The notes beneath the pieces are model-generated. The model saw nothing but the letters and a program-made list of their open reading frames with translations, was not told the DNA's origin and searched no databases. From Giardia intestinalis (lineage: Eukaryota), in assembly GCA_000002435.2 (NCBI GenBank), contig CM018792.1: a DNA stretch of 64,000 nucleotides, one strand, 5' to 3'. The first letter of the stretch is position 1, and each line of letters starts with the position of its first letter. Below, piece after piece: positions 18,139-27,895 of the stretch. Made by a program: the position numbers and the translations under genes.

Positions 18139-19199
18139 TTATTATCAAAGTTGCATATTCGTTTGCGAACCCCGACAACAGTTTCAACTACGTAGGAGAC
18201 TAGCCCACCCTCTTGTCCAAGAATGGTCTCCAGCTCATACTGCATGCCGAGAGCCGCCAGATTCTGGACTTCATTGGCCCACTCGAGACGGCCCAGCGCA
18301 GTCAGTCTGGTAATCAGTATATCATACAGCTTCAAATCTGCTGGATCGCAGTGGCGGGAGCCCTTAATTGCTTTTGACGACCGTTGGATGTGACTGTTAA
18401 AGACGCCAATTGGCACCAATGACGGTGCAATATAGTGATTAGGGACCACGCTTTTCCTAGTTGCCGAGGCAGAGCCGTAGGCATACGTGCACAGAATGTT
18501 CATTCCGTGAGCGTCTCCATCGGCAAGACCGAATATGGGGATTCTGCAACTGTCTAGAAAAGAAACCAGGGCGCGTGTCGCCGCATCGGGGTATCCTTTG
18601 CCAGTGATCACCATAAAACTTTGACCCAGCCTATCTTTGATAGCTTCGTAGCTGTCAATAAGGTGCTCAAATACCGTATCCTTTTCTATTACGAGTACAA
18701 ACTGCGCGTCTGTGTGTATTTGCTGTAAGTAGAAGAAGTGCGGGCTGATGGGCACGGCCACCAAGCTGGAAGCTGTGACTGTTCCTACCTGAGTGACCAT
18801 AGTACAGTTCCCAAGCAAAAGCCCCTTGGCAGCTGCCCGATAATGCATCATTTCGCGCTCTATACTATATCCGAAGCAAAATTCTGCGATTAATACATTG
18901 GATTGTATCTGCGACCCATATAGCGAAGGAGCAGTGTAATACAAACTGCGAATGTTGACAAAGGTCTTCTTAACAACAGCGCATGCAGACTCTGCTATCA
19001 TACGGAGGGCGCGTGCGAAGCGTAGAGGGTGTCTCTTAAAACTGATACCCTTCTTATCTTGCAAGTCTTGCTCGCTCATTGGTAAGATCAGCCCCGCAGC
19101 ACTAGACTCTACTTGCTCATAGAGCTGTAATAGAATCCTCCTGTATAACTCTAAAATAGCTCGGTCATCCTGGTGCCCCAGCTTATCAATATCGCACAT
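18093..19199 (-). CDS. SPO11: Spo11 / topoisomerase VI subunit A homolog (meiotic DSB transesterase)
   Basis: The ORF track start at 19208 is GTG. The first ATG is at 19199 (MCDIDKLG...). The Toprim DxD motif is present (PIFGLADGDAHGMNI) with an upstream conserved Glu (VIEKDTVFE). A candidate catalytic Tyr region is IRSLYYTAPSLYG. Confidence 0.7.
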   Translation of the reverse strand: MCDIDKLGHQDDRAILELYRRILLQLYEQVESSAAGLILPMSEQDLQDKKGISFKRHPLRFARALRMIAESACAVVKKTFVNIRSLYYTAPSLYGSQIQSNVLIAEFCFGYSIEREMMHYRAAAKGLLLGNCTMVTQVGTVTASSLVAVPISPHFFYLQQIHTDAQFVLVIEKDTVFEHLIDSYEAIKDRLGQSFMVITGKGYPDAATRALVSFLDSCRIPIFGLADGDAHGMNILCTYAYGSASATRKSVVPNHYIAPSLVPIGVFNSHIQRSSKAIKGSRHCDPADLKLYDILITRLTALGRLEWANEVQNLAALGMQYELETILGQEGGLVSYVVETVVGVRKRICNFDNKCTATRLAGARANSS

Positions 19200-20529
19200 G
19201 TCAGACACCAGATTGTTGATTAATCAATACAAATTTGCTGTAGAAAACCTGAAAGTATCCTGTAGAGTCTCTTGTAACAGACAAGTCAGTGAACAGCAGC
19301 TACTAGCACGATGGGTGCAAAGCCTCAATCCAGCATGCATCCTCACAGACGACAACATATGCACTACACTAAGGAACGGGGAAGCGTTACTAACCATCCT
19401 TGCTCTAGTAGACAGCGCTCATATTTTAATTCACGGGCAGGCAAAGAAATCTAGGTCTAGAATTGATGCTCTTCGCAATCTTGATGTCGTTCTTCAATAC
19501 ATATACAATGGAAAAGCCCCTCTCTTCGTACATTCAGAGTCCCTCTACACCACGGTGGATCCTAAAAATTGGTGGCACATTCTCTCTGACGCTTTCCACA
19601 GACGGGCATATTTACCTCTTAAGCGACGGGAAAGCAATCTAGTGTCGTTGTTCCACCCTGCAGACAAGATATCCTTCCCTCTCAACAATGGCTCACCTTC
19701 GCCTGTGGATCCTCAGGTTTATACCTTCTTACTGTATAATTATTTTTTAGTTCCCTGCGACTTCCTTTCCCTGATAACCCTGCGTCCCAAAAATATTAGT
19801 CAAATTAAATTAAACTGGTCAATCATCACGCTCGTATTGAATCTACATGGGATTAAGTTAATCTTCACACCCGACGAGCTAACACAATTGCAAATGACAA
19901 ACGACCGTAGTAGCAATAGTAAGATTTGTGCGTACATGTCAGAATATATGCTTCTCTCTCTGCTCGATACCCTGCAGGCACGTGCGAAGACAGCGCCACC
20001 TGGTGAGGGAGAGCTACTTGGGCCGCTGATTCGAAAACTACGGCATGAACATCCTGATAGAAAGTTCTACTATTGCTTTTCCGATTACTTTGTAATTATC
20101 CACTTTAATACAAGCGCACGCTCTTCACTAGAATATGTGCCCAAATCTCATAAGCACGTTGTTCTAAATATGCTTTCTCTGAACCGATGCACTAAGTGTG
20201 TAACTATCCCTTGCACTGCAGACCATAGGTTCTTCCTGTTCTTTGCAAAAATGGTTCGTAATCCATCTGGGAGCGACTTTGGTACTGACACAGCCAAGTG
20301 GACAGATTGCTCCTTGATACTATCCCCCGTGTGCCTGTTGGTGGTGACCTTATTAGACGATATATTTATTCCTTTGGCGTGGATTACACAGATTCGGACA
20401 AAATCTTTCCACCAACACCTCTTACTACTGTTCAAAGAAGCGATATCTGGCCTTTCTTCTTTGCTGCTTTGTTTGGAAAGCGGCGATTTCTCGGCCTTGG
20501 TGCACCAACTAACTGCTATAATTACTTAA
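19198..20529 (+). CDS. hypothetical protein (443 aa)
   Basis: ATG start. It is a long ORF with hydrophobic stretches near the C-terminus. Its start codon overlaps the Spo11 start in a CATG palindrome. Confidence 0.45.
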   Translation: MSDTRLLINQYKFAVENLKVSCRVSCNRQVSEQQLLARWVQSLNPACILTDDNICTTLRNGEALLTILALVDSAHILIHGQAKKSRSRIDALRNLDVVLQYIYNGKAPLFVHSESLYTTVDPKNWWHILSDAFHRRAYLPLKRRESNLVSLFHPADKISFPLNNGSPSPVDPQVYTFLLYNYFLVPCDFLSLITLRPKNISQIKLNWSIITLVLNLHGIKLIFTPDELTQLQMTNDRSSNSKICAYMSEYMLLSLLDTLQARAKTAPPGEGELLGPLIRKLRHEHPDRKFYYCFSDYFVIIHFNTSARSSLEYVPKSHKHVVLNMLSLNRCTKCVTIPCTADHRFFLFFAKMVRNPSGSDFGTDTAKWTDCSLILSPVCLLVVTLLDDIFIPLAWITQIRTKSFHQHLLLLFKEAISGLSSLLLCLESGDFSALVHQLTAIIT

Positions 20530-20549
20530 CAAGAAACAAAAATTGAACT

Positions 20550-20945
20550 ATGAGTGCCACAGACGAGGAGCAGGAGCTTGAGCTGCTTAGGGAGATGCTA
20601 CGAACCAAGAAGGCGTACGGATCCATATACCCTGCTCGTCTCAAGGAGCTCAGCGCCCGTGAACTCTACGACCTAGCGAAGGTCGATGAGAGCCTCTTTG
20701 AAATAAAGCAACCTCCACCCCTTGAGATTCACACTGCAACTCACGATACAGCGGTCATAGCAGATCTTCTGCAATCCATGTCATCTTACCCTCGCATTCG
20801 GGACATAGCATTTCCTACTTCCAGCGCGAGTATAATGAGCTTTCTATTGTCTGATAATCAGCGTCCAAGTGCAACTACTGAGACTCCCAATGAAAACCAG
20901 CGGACCAACACGGCTGGCTGCATGCAAGAGAGCGCTGGGATTTAA
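20550..20945 (+). CDS. hypothetical small acidic protein (131 aa)
   Basis: ATG start. No recognised domain. It ends 1 nt before the Trm10 ATG. Confidence 0.3.
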   Translation: MSATDEEQELELLREMLRTKKAYGSIYPARLKELSARELYDLAKVDESLFEIKQPPPLEIHTATHDTAVIADLLQSMSSYPRIRDIAFPTSSASIMSFLLSDNQRPSATTETPNENQRTNTAGCMQESAGI

Positions 20946-20946
20946 A

Positions 20947-21651
20947 ATGTTTTCTGCAACTGTGTCTTGCGAACTCTCTCCCGGAACCAGCGGGCCTAAA
21001 AAGCAAGGCAGGGCCTGGAAGCACATTAGGCAACAATTGCGGACTCGCTTAGACTCCGCCCCGGCTATTCTTATTGACTGCTCTTATGATGACTTGATGA
21101 AGCAGGGAGAGATCAAGTCTCGAAATTCGCAGCTTATTTTTTGCTACGCCACCTCAGTCAAAAAGGACGTGGAGCGCCCTCTGCGTCTTTCGGTGGTTGG
21201 AGCGACAGCTTCTTTGTCCGACTTCCTTCAAAAAGTCCAACTGGAGGGGTCCTGGTCTGCGGACATCACCACCAGATCCTTGGAAGACCTTATTGAGACA
21301 GGAGAATTAAGTGCCCATAGGTTGGTTTACTTGACTGCAGATGCTGAAGAAGAGATTGATACGTATTACTCAGGAGACACTTACATAATCGGTGGTTTGG
21401 TGGATCGAAACCGACACAATGGGATAGCTTTTCGTAAGGCACAGAATATTGGGATACGCACAGCAAAGCTTCCGCTGCACAAATATTGCAACTTGATAGG
21501 GAGTGCCGTTTTATCCGTCAATCACATCTTTGCCTTTATGACATATCTGCATTGCGGCTTACCTTTCGAAACAGTGGCAAAAATGGTCATTCCTCAGCGA
21601 AAGCTGAAGGTAGTAGAGAGCACAACTGATGATTCAAGAAGCAACTCATAG
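20947..21651 (+). CDS. TRM10: tRNA (guanine9-N1)-methyltransferase Trm10 (SPOUT family)
   Basis: The ORF track start at 20869 is GTG. In-frame ATGs lie at 20890 and 20947. The 20947 ATG has a ttaaaATG context and immediately follows the upstream stop. The SPOUT/Trm10 core is clear: LIFCYATSV...LVYLTADAEEEIDT...YIIGGLVDRNRHNGIAFRKA. Confidence 0.6.
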   Translation: MFSATVSCELSPGTSGPKKQGRAWKHIRQQLRTRLDSAPAILIDCSYDDLMKQGEIKSRNSQLIFCYATSVKKDVERPLRLSVVGATASLSDFLQKVQLEGSWSADITTRSLEDLIETGELSAHRLVYLTADAEEEIDTYYSGDTYIIGGLVDRNRHNGIAFRKAQNIGIRTAKLPLHKYCNLIGSAVLSVNHIFAFMTYLHCGLPFETVAKMVIPQRKLKVVESTTDDSRSNS

Positions 21652-21656
21652 GGTTA

Positions 21657-23123
21657 CTAAGTGAGCTTTTCTCTCTGATTTGTATGCTGTTGATCGATTA
21701 TCGTTTCATATACTGGTAACCCAATGTCATTTTCGATACTACCCCTGGATTCGTGGTATCGAGATTGACCACTATTATTGAATGGAAATTCTGTAGGAGC
21801 TGTTTCCAGTGCTTCATTGTATCGGTCCTTGTTTAGTGCATTGAGACGAAGACTTGCTGTCCGGTGTTTTTCAAAAGTAGCAAACAGACCTGGGGTGCTT
21901 GTAGTGCTGGTGTGCACGGGGCGTATACCATGCTTGGCTTGCAGATGCTCCAGAGAGAGCGCATAGTTATACAGTCGTGTGAAGGCAATCTTAATTTCAG
22001 GATGACAAACAGCATCGCTTACGTTTATACTGTCACTAATTCCGGACAAGTGTTCACCCACGTATCCTATCACCTTCCCGTCGTTCAGGTAATCTGGAAG
22101 GGCCATTTTCCCCATCTCTTTTTCTGTGAGGCGGGCATTGATCTGTGTCTTAGCGTCCAGTAAAGCGGCCTTAACCTGTCTTAGTTCCTCCTTAAGGCTC
22201 CGCTCCTTCTCTTCTTCAACTGATAGTAGAGCCTGAGCATGGGTTTTTTCCTCCACTTCTGCCTCCAGGAATTCCATCTCTGCGATGAGGGGATCAAGAT
22301 GTCTCTTCATGGTGCGAAGGTTGTCCTCGCGCTCTGCGATGACAGAAAGAAGCTCGACAATCTGCTCTGTCGCTCTATCTGCTTGCCTATTATTGTAATT
22401 TATACCCCTATACAGGTATTGCCGCATGTTATCAGATGGCCCATTTTGGATTAGGGTATTTGTTTTAGAGTATAAGCGGAATTGGGACTTTCCGGCCATC
22501 CTGTTTATTGCAATGTCTGAGCACAGATCACCCACATATCCATCTATCTTATTCATATATGAAGCGATATCTCTGTCAACTACATTGGGGAGAATCTGAC
22601 GTAAGTTACAAAGCAAATCTGCGATCTCCATAGCTCGCGACTCGACTGTGATCTGAGCCTCTGTAAGCTCCTTTTTGGCCACGTCTTCTCGGGCTCTGAG
22701 AGTGACGATAGTCTGTTTCAGCTCATTCAAGTTAGATGTGACTTCTTCGTATTTCTTCGTGACTATCTCCAGGTCGTACTTGTGTTTGAATGAGATTTTG
22801 GGAAGATCTGACTGCACATACAGGTGAGGATGTAGAGATTTGTAGCTTGCGGTAAAGCTCATAGGAGTAAATGGCGCCAAGGGTTGATCTGTGTTTTGTC
22901 CAGCCGGACGTGGAGCCGTCCGGCCGGTGCCCGTATTACGCGAAAGTGACCGAGGCTGGCTACTTGTGCTGGAGAGTTTCTGCCTGCTTCGGCTTTGAAC
23001 AGATGACGACGCGCGGGTAAGCGAAGGTCGTCTTGTCGTCGATGTTAGCAGAGATTTCGGTGTTACTTGCTCCTTGCTGGTGTCGTACTGCTGTAATATC
23101 TCGTTGACAAAGGCTTGAGACAT
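21657..23123 (-). CDS. coiled-coil protein, unknown function
   Basis: ATG start. A long central heptad region is present (LEAEVEEKTHAQALLSVEEEKERSLKEELRQVKAALLDAKTQ). The N-terminus is Ser/Thr/Arg-rich. Confidence 0.5.
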   Translation of the reverse strand: MSQAFVNEILQQYDTSKEQVTPKSLLTSTTRRPSLTRASSSVQSRSRQKLSSTSSQPRSLSRNTGTGRTAPRPAGQNTDQPLAPFTPMSFTASYKSLHPHLYVQSDLPKISFKHKYDLEIVTKKYEEVTSNLNELKQTIVTLRAREDVAKKELTEAQITVESRAMEIADLLCNLRQILPNVVDRDIASYMNKIDGYVGDLCSDIAINRMAGKSQFRLYSKTNTLIQNGPSDNMRQYLYRGINYNNRQADRATEQIVELLSVIAEREDNLRTMKRHLDPLIAEMEFLEAEVEEKTHAQALLSVEEEKERSLKEELRQVKAALLDAKTQINARLTEKEMGKMALPDYLNDGKVIGYVGEHLSGISDSINVSDAVCHPEIKIAFTRLYNYALSLEHLQAKHGIRPVHTSTTSTPGLFATFEKHRTASLRLNALNKDRYNEALETAPTEFPFNNSGQSRYHESRGSIENDIGLPVYETIIDQQHTNQREKLT

Positions 23124-23152
23124 CGAATGCTACCTTACTTTAGAATTTAGGA

Positions 23153-25669
23153 ATGGACGTTCCCTTATATAGGCCATCCTTAGACTTTAATTCCCTTTCA
23201 GTGCCACCTAACTATGTTCCTGGGTCTCTACGGGGTGACAGAGGCTTTAGGACATCAGCCGAAACGATTGTTGCCACGCCCATCGCCTTCTGTGAATCTG
23301 AGCTTGAGACTTTCAAAGAACTTAGCCGCCTTCATGCACCATCACGTCTTAAACCGCAACATGCTCAAGAAGAGGAGCAAATGCATCATGTAAAGGAGCC
23401 CAAACGTAAGCGTGAGCACAGGCAACGACCAGTGATGATGCCTGCCGTATATGATCTTAGTCAGACGCAGCGCTTCGAGGCCATTGCAAATAGAGATACC
23501 TATAGATGTTACACAGTAACGTACGGTGACTCTGTCACGTCTATTTACTCGCCTCAAGAGAAGAATTATGCCAAAGAGGTTACTGACTTGGAAATAGAGT
23601 GTCATAGGAACCCTACTGTTGTATCCTTATGGCTGCGTCTTATCAGTGTTCATTATAACGTGGGTAATGCAAAGCTTGCAGCCCGCACAGCAGTGGATAT
23701 GTTCAACAATATGGATTGTCTCTGCAACCACACAAAGCTTTGGGACCTTCTTTTATCTGATGATTCTATTGCGATGAAGGTACTTCTAGAGCAGTGCGAT
23801 CTCTCTTCTATTGACTCCGTATTCCAGCTCATATTAACGGGCTTGAATGCTTGCATACCTGCGGACTACAAGGCGCATCCAAAGGGACACCTCTGCTCTC
23901 TGGTTTGCTGCAAGCATATGGTACTCTGTGCCAACATCTTCTGCATCCTCTTCTTTTCCTCCTGGAATGAGCCCAGTTGTGTACAGCTACTATGCAGTAG
24001 ATACAATGAGTTGCTTGCTAGTTTACTCCAGTATCAAAGTTACAATACTAGTTACTTCCTAGCTGTAGTTGAGATCTTGTACTTGCGCATTTATGGTTCT
24101 GCATTGTATCACAAGGACAACATCAATCTCCAATCGTATGACGATTTAATTAAATACAATTATGAGGTGTCAGAAAAAATAATTCTAGAAGACTCACAAT
24201 CAAACATTTTCCTTGGGGCATACATGTTGGCTGAAGGCATCATATTGCAAAATTCAAAGCATATAGCATTAGTAGCACAGCATGCCATTAATGGTGCATT
24301 CAGAGATCCTACAGAAGCAGCAGCAACGACAACAATAACAACACTCCATAGCAAGCAACTAGAAAGGCTCATCTGTGGAATAGGCTCCTTTTCTTTATCA
24401 GCTGTTTCCACAGGCTCCGCTGGCGACAGCTTTGTTGATAAGTCACTGCTTCTTCTACAGAAATTAATGTGTAAAGAAGGAGGCATCCATAGCCTGGTTA
24501 AAGATTTGGTGAGTAGCGGAGTAGGCGCATCCACCCTGACATCTATTAATAGGGTATTGAAAGACATATCATCAAGGCCTGCAGACGAAAGACTGCTACT
24601 TTTGCATATGGGAAGGCGGATTTGTCTTTCCATATTAGAAAACTTAGAACAAGAAGATGGAAAGGGTATGAATAGCAATGAACTGAAAGAGCTACTGGTG
24701 TGCATAGAGTACATTCACAAAGAGAATATGACGGTAAAGATGGGTGAATATCTGGTGGCAAACGGCGTTAAAGTATACCATCAAGTTGTCGCCCGAGCGA
24801 AGCTCAAGCCCCTTGATAAATTAGAGATCGGTCTGCTGCTTTTATCAATGTGTAAAAGTGCTGAGCTAGCAGAGGATCTGTTTAGAATCTACGAAAAAGC
24901 CGTTAAGCGTGAAGAAAGCAAACAAAATAGGCGTGAGTCGCACCAAGCACGTCTCAACGTATTCCCTAGAATAGAAAATATGATATTATATGCAGAGAAA
25001 GAACACAGTAAAGAGGCTATTGTGGAGTGCGCTGGTGGGCCTGGCCTTTTATATCAAGGTGCGATTAAAGAAGCTATCTTGGTCACAGCTCGCCACGTGT
25101 TCCCTTACACTGAAAAGTTTATAGACAAACTTCTAGCTTTAGCAAAATCGTCCCAGTGGCTACAAACCAGAGTCGACTTATTGCTTCAAGGGGCAAAATA
25201 TCTGGTGATTGGGGCTGAAAACAAATCTACAGTAGAAATAGCGATATGTCTTCAGAAGTATGCCAAATCTGCATCGGACGCATGGGCAGGAAACGTACAG
25301 CTTAATTACATTACTGAAACATTGGAAGTGCTGATGCTTCCGCACCCCGATGGGATAAAAAGATTAAAACAGTGTACAGGAGACTATGTTCAGACTCCAT
25401 GGGCAGCTTCACTGATGTCGCTGTTCATCTATGAACAGGATAGGGAGAAGGCGGAGTTGTACTGGACGAGGTGGACAGAGGCCCTTCGACGGGGGCAGCA
25501 TAGTTTGGGCTCTACCAACTCACCAGCCAAAAATGCATTTGATGGCATTTTATCAGAGTGCAGCTCTGTCACATTCAGACAGGAGGATCATATAAGTAGA
25601 GGTGATATCATTCTTTGCCTTTTAAAAGCAATCTCAGTGGTGTTATTTTATTCCTGTCAAGTGGATTGA
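23153..25669 (+). CDS. large alpha-helical repeat protein (possible HAT/TPR-like), unknown function
   Basis: ATG start. 838 aa, helical throughout. A W/Y-containing repeat resembling a HAT motif is seen (ELYWTRWTEALRR). Confidence 0.45.
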   Translation: MDVPLYRPSLDFNSLSVPPNYVPGSLRGDRGFRTSAETIVATPIAFCESELETFKELSRLHAPSRLKPQHAQEEEQMHHVKEPKRKREHRQRPVMMPAVYDLSQTQRFEAIANRDTYRCYTVTYGDSVTSIYSPQEKNYAKEVTDLEIECHRNPTVVSLWLRLISVHYNVGNAKLAARTAVDMFNNMDCLCNHTKLWDLLLSDDSIAMKVLLEQCDLSSIDSVFQLILTGLNACIPADYKAHPKGHLCSLVCCKHMVLCANIFCILFFSSWNEPSCVQLLCSRYNELLASLLQYQSYNTSYFLAVVEILYLRIYGSALYHKDNINLQSYDDLIKYNYEVSEKIILEDSQSNIFLGAYMLAEGIILQNSKHIALVAQHAINGAFRDPTEAAATTTITTLHSKQLERLICGIGSFSLSAVSTGSAGDSFVDKSLLLLQKLMCKEGGIHSLVKDLVSSGVGASTLTSINRVLKDISSRPADERLLLLHMGRRICLSILENLEQEDGKGMNSNELKELLVCIEYIHKENMTVKMGEYLVANGVKVYHQVVARAKLKPLDKLEIGLLLLSMCKSAELAEDLFRIYEKAVKREESKQNRRESHQARLNVFPRIENMILYAEKEHSKEAIVECAGGPGLLYQGAIKEAILVTARHVFPYTEKFIDKLLALAKSSQWLQTRVDLLLQGAKYLVIGAENKSTVEIAICLQKYAKSASDAWAGNVQLNYITETLEVLMLPHPDGIKRLKQCTGDYVQTPWAASLMSLFIYEQDREKAELYWTRWTEALRRGQHSLGSTNSPAKNAFDGILSECSSVTFRQEDHISRGDIILCLLKAISVVLFYSCQVD

Positions 25670-25713
25670 TATCACTGAGTAAAAGATGCAATGATTCTTG
25701 TATTGTACATGGG

Positions 25714-27828
25714 TTAGCGTAGCCTGTATTTGTTATCTTCGGTAATCACTATCAGGCCGTAATTAATGAGTCGCGTCAAAGCCATCTGAAACTCAGCATC
25801 GGTGATGTGTTCACGAAGAGCTAGCTCCTGTAGTGTGTCGTGGTCGATGGCATCAACATGCTGTCCCAGTATGGATGTAATCACGCGATTTGCAGTTTGC
25901 ATTTCAGAACCCGGTCTGACGCGTTGCTTGCGCCGTCCCGTATGGGCAGACTTCTCGGCTGCAGCAAGCAAGTCTCGAGCCTTTGCCACATCATCAGCAG
26001 AGACACTGTCCGACAACCGTAGTTTAGCTATTGCTTGGGAGATGCGGATCGTCGCCAGGAGTGCACGGGGAGTGATGAATTCCCTCTCCTTTCTGTCTTG
26101 AATGTAAGTCATGACATATGTGTCCAGTAAATGCTGTGGGACTGCTGGTCGTAGGTTCTTAGCAACAGCAATGTAGGCTTGCAATTCCTTCTCAGTCAGT
26201 ATCTTTGTCGATTGAGCATCAGATACTCCGGCAGAATACATGTCATATGCATGCTTGTGTAAATTTGCCACATGTAATGATAAGTTCATATCCTCTTCTT
26301 CGTGAATTTTATCTCTGATTACAAAAAGTATATCGAATCTACTAATAAGGGCTTCTGGGATGTTAATGTTGCTAGCTACAGAGATGCTTGGGTCCCAGAT
26401 ACTAAACTTAGGGTTTGCGGCAGCTACAACGGTCGCTCTCGCATTAAGTGTGGCTGTTATACCTGCTTTGGCTACTGAGATGGTACCCTGCTCCATCACT
26501 TCGTAGATTGCAGTTCTGTCTGCTTCTTCCAGTTTGTCTAGTTCATCGAGAGCACAGACACCTTGATCAGCTATCACAAGCGCGCCTCCCTCAAGGCTAT
26601 AGTCTGTTGTTCCCGGAATACGGATGGCAGCAGTGGTCAGACCAGCACCACTGGCCCCACGACCGGCGACGTATATTCCCCGTTCTGCAATTGTACATGT
26701 AAACTTAAGGAGTGCGCTTTTAGCACATCCGGGATCGCCTACAAAGAGGGTATTAATGTTTCCTCTGACCTTCATATCAGGGACCACAATCTCGTTGCCG
26801 CCTACGAGGGAACAAAGACATGCTAACTTCTCGTCTTCGCGGCCGTGGATCCGAGGTGCAAAAGAAGCTATTAGCACGTGCAGAGGAATAGCCTTTTCAC
26901 GCAAGACAGAAAGATCAGTGGCTAGAGAAGGCTGAAGTTGAGAACTTTCGACCATAGTGTTTGCAAGGGCGGCAGCCCTGTCCTGCTCGACACCAGATAC
27001 CCCAATTGCCTCTGCAGCGTTCAGATACGCCCACCCTTCTGCGTAGAAAACAGAATTGATACGGTAAATAGTGTCCACGACGGGTATCGGCATAAGGGTT
27101 CCCCAGAGCTTCACCTTTTCGCCGGGACGGAGAGCTACTCCTTCTTTCCGAATATGCACCGTCATAGTGCGAGGCACTTCACCATCAGGTATTTCAACCG
27201 GTAGCTCCTGGATAATGGCTATGTAAAGAGAATTAATCACCGACCGCTTAGTGTTTAAGACTGGTGCCTCGTACGTTTTGAGTTGCTGGCAAACCTCTGA
27301 GTCACACCTTTGTGGGATGCTGTATTGATCATGAGGAACAACAACATATTGCGAAGAGCCACACACTTCACAGGTGAATGTAGCTATTTCACATTCAGGC
27401 ACCACCTGACTAATGAATGTCACTATACCTGAAAACACAACTAAGTGGCCAATCATGGATGCAGAAACAGACCTTAGCGTTAGTGGATGCTCTAACATAT
27501 CATTTTCGGGTACAATCTCCACTGAGAACCACCTTGAAAGACGATATGGCTGATTAGTATACTGTCCTCTCTCCTCCTCTGGAAGAGATGAAATCCACTG
27601 CTCAGTCAATACGTCGTTGATCAGCATTGAATAGTGCGGAAAGTTGTGCTTGATACAGGTGGCAAGGTCCACTGGGAGGTCCTTAAGGTATATGTGCACT
27701 ACGGTCGTTTGGCCACGAACAGGGGTGAGAGCTTGTTCACGAATGAGCTCACGGAAAGCATCAGCGTGCTCACGATACCTATAATTGGAAAATTCCTTGT
27801 GTAGGTTCTGCGTACGAGCGGCCTGCAT
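25714..27828 (-). CDS. MCM-family replicative helicase subunit (MCM2-7 type)
   Basis: ATG start. Walker A GDPGCAKS, MCM Walker B/IDEFDKM-type block CALDELDKL, arginine-finger SRFD, zinc-finger cysteines and a C-terminal winged-helix-like tail are present. Confidence 0.8.
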   Translation of the reverse strand: MQAARTQNLHKEFSNYRYREHADAFRELIREQALTPVRGQTTVVHIYLKDLPVDLATCIKHNFPHYSMLINDVLTEQWISSLPEEERGQYTNQPYRLSRWFSVEIVPENDMLEHPLTLRSVSASMIGHLVVFSGIVTFISQVVPECEIATFTCEVCGSSQYVVVPHDQYSIPQRCDSEVCQQLKTYEAPVLNTKRSVINSLYIAIIQELPVEIPDGEVPRTMTVHIRKEGVALRPGEKVKLWGTLMPIPVVDTIYRINSVFYAEGWAYLNAAEAIGVSGVEQDRAAALANTMVESSQLQPSLATDLSVLREKAIPLHVLIASFAPRIHGREDEKLACLCSLVGGNEIVVPDMKVRGNINTLFVGDPGCAKSALLKFTCTIAERGIYVAGRGASGAGLTTAAIRIPGTTDYSLEGGALVIADQGVCALDELDKLEEADRTAIYEVMEQGTISVAKAGITATLNARATVVAAANPKFSIWDPSISVASNINIPEALISRFDILFVIRDKIHEEEDMNLSLHVANLHKHAYDMYSAGVSDAQSTKILTEKELQAYIAVAKNLRPAVPQHLLDTYVMTYIQDRKEREFITPRALLATIRISQAIAKLRLSDSVSADDVAKARDLLAAAEKSAHTGRRKQRVRPGSEMQTANRVITSILGQHVDAIDHDTLQELALREHITDAEFQMALTRLINYGLIVITEDNKYRLR

Positions 27829-27895
27829 TAAATTGTTTTTAATCCGGCCTACTCACTCTGCATAGCCCGGCTGGCTGCCAGCACAACACAAAGGC

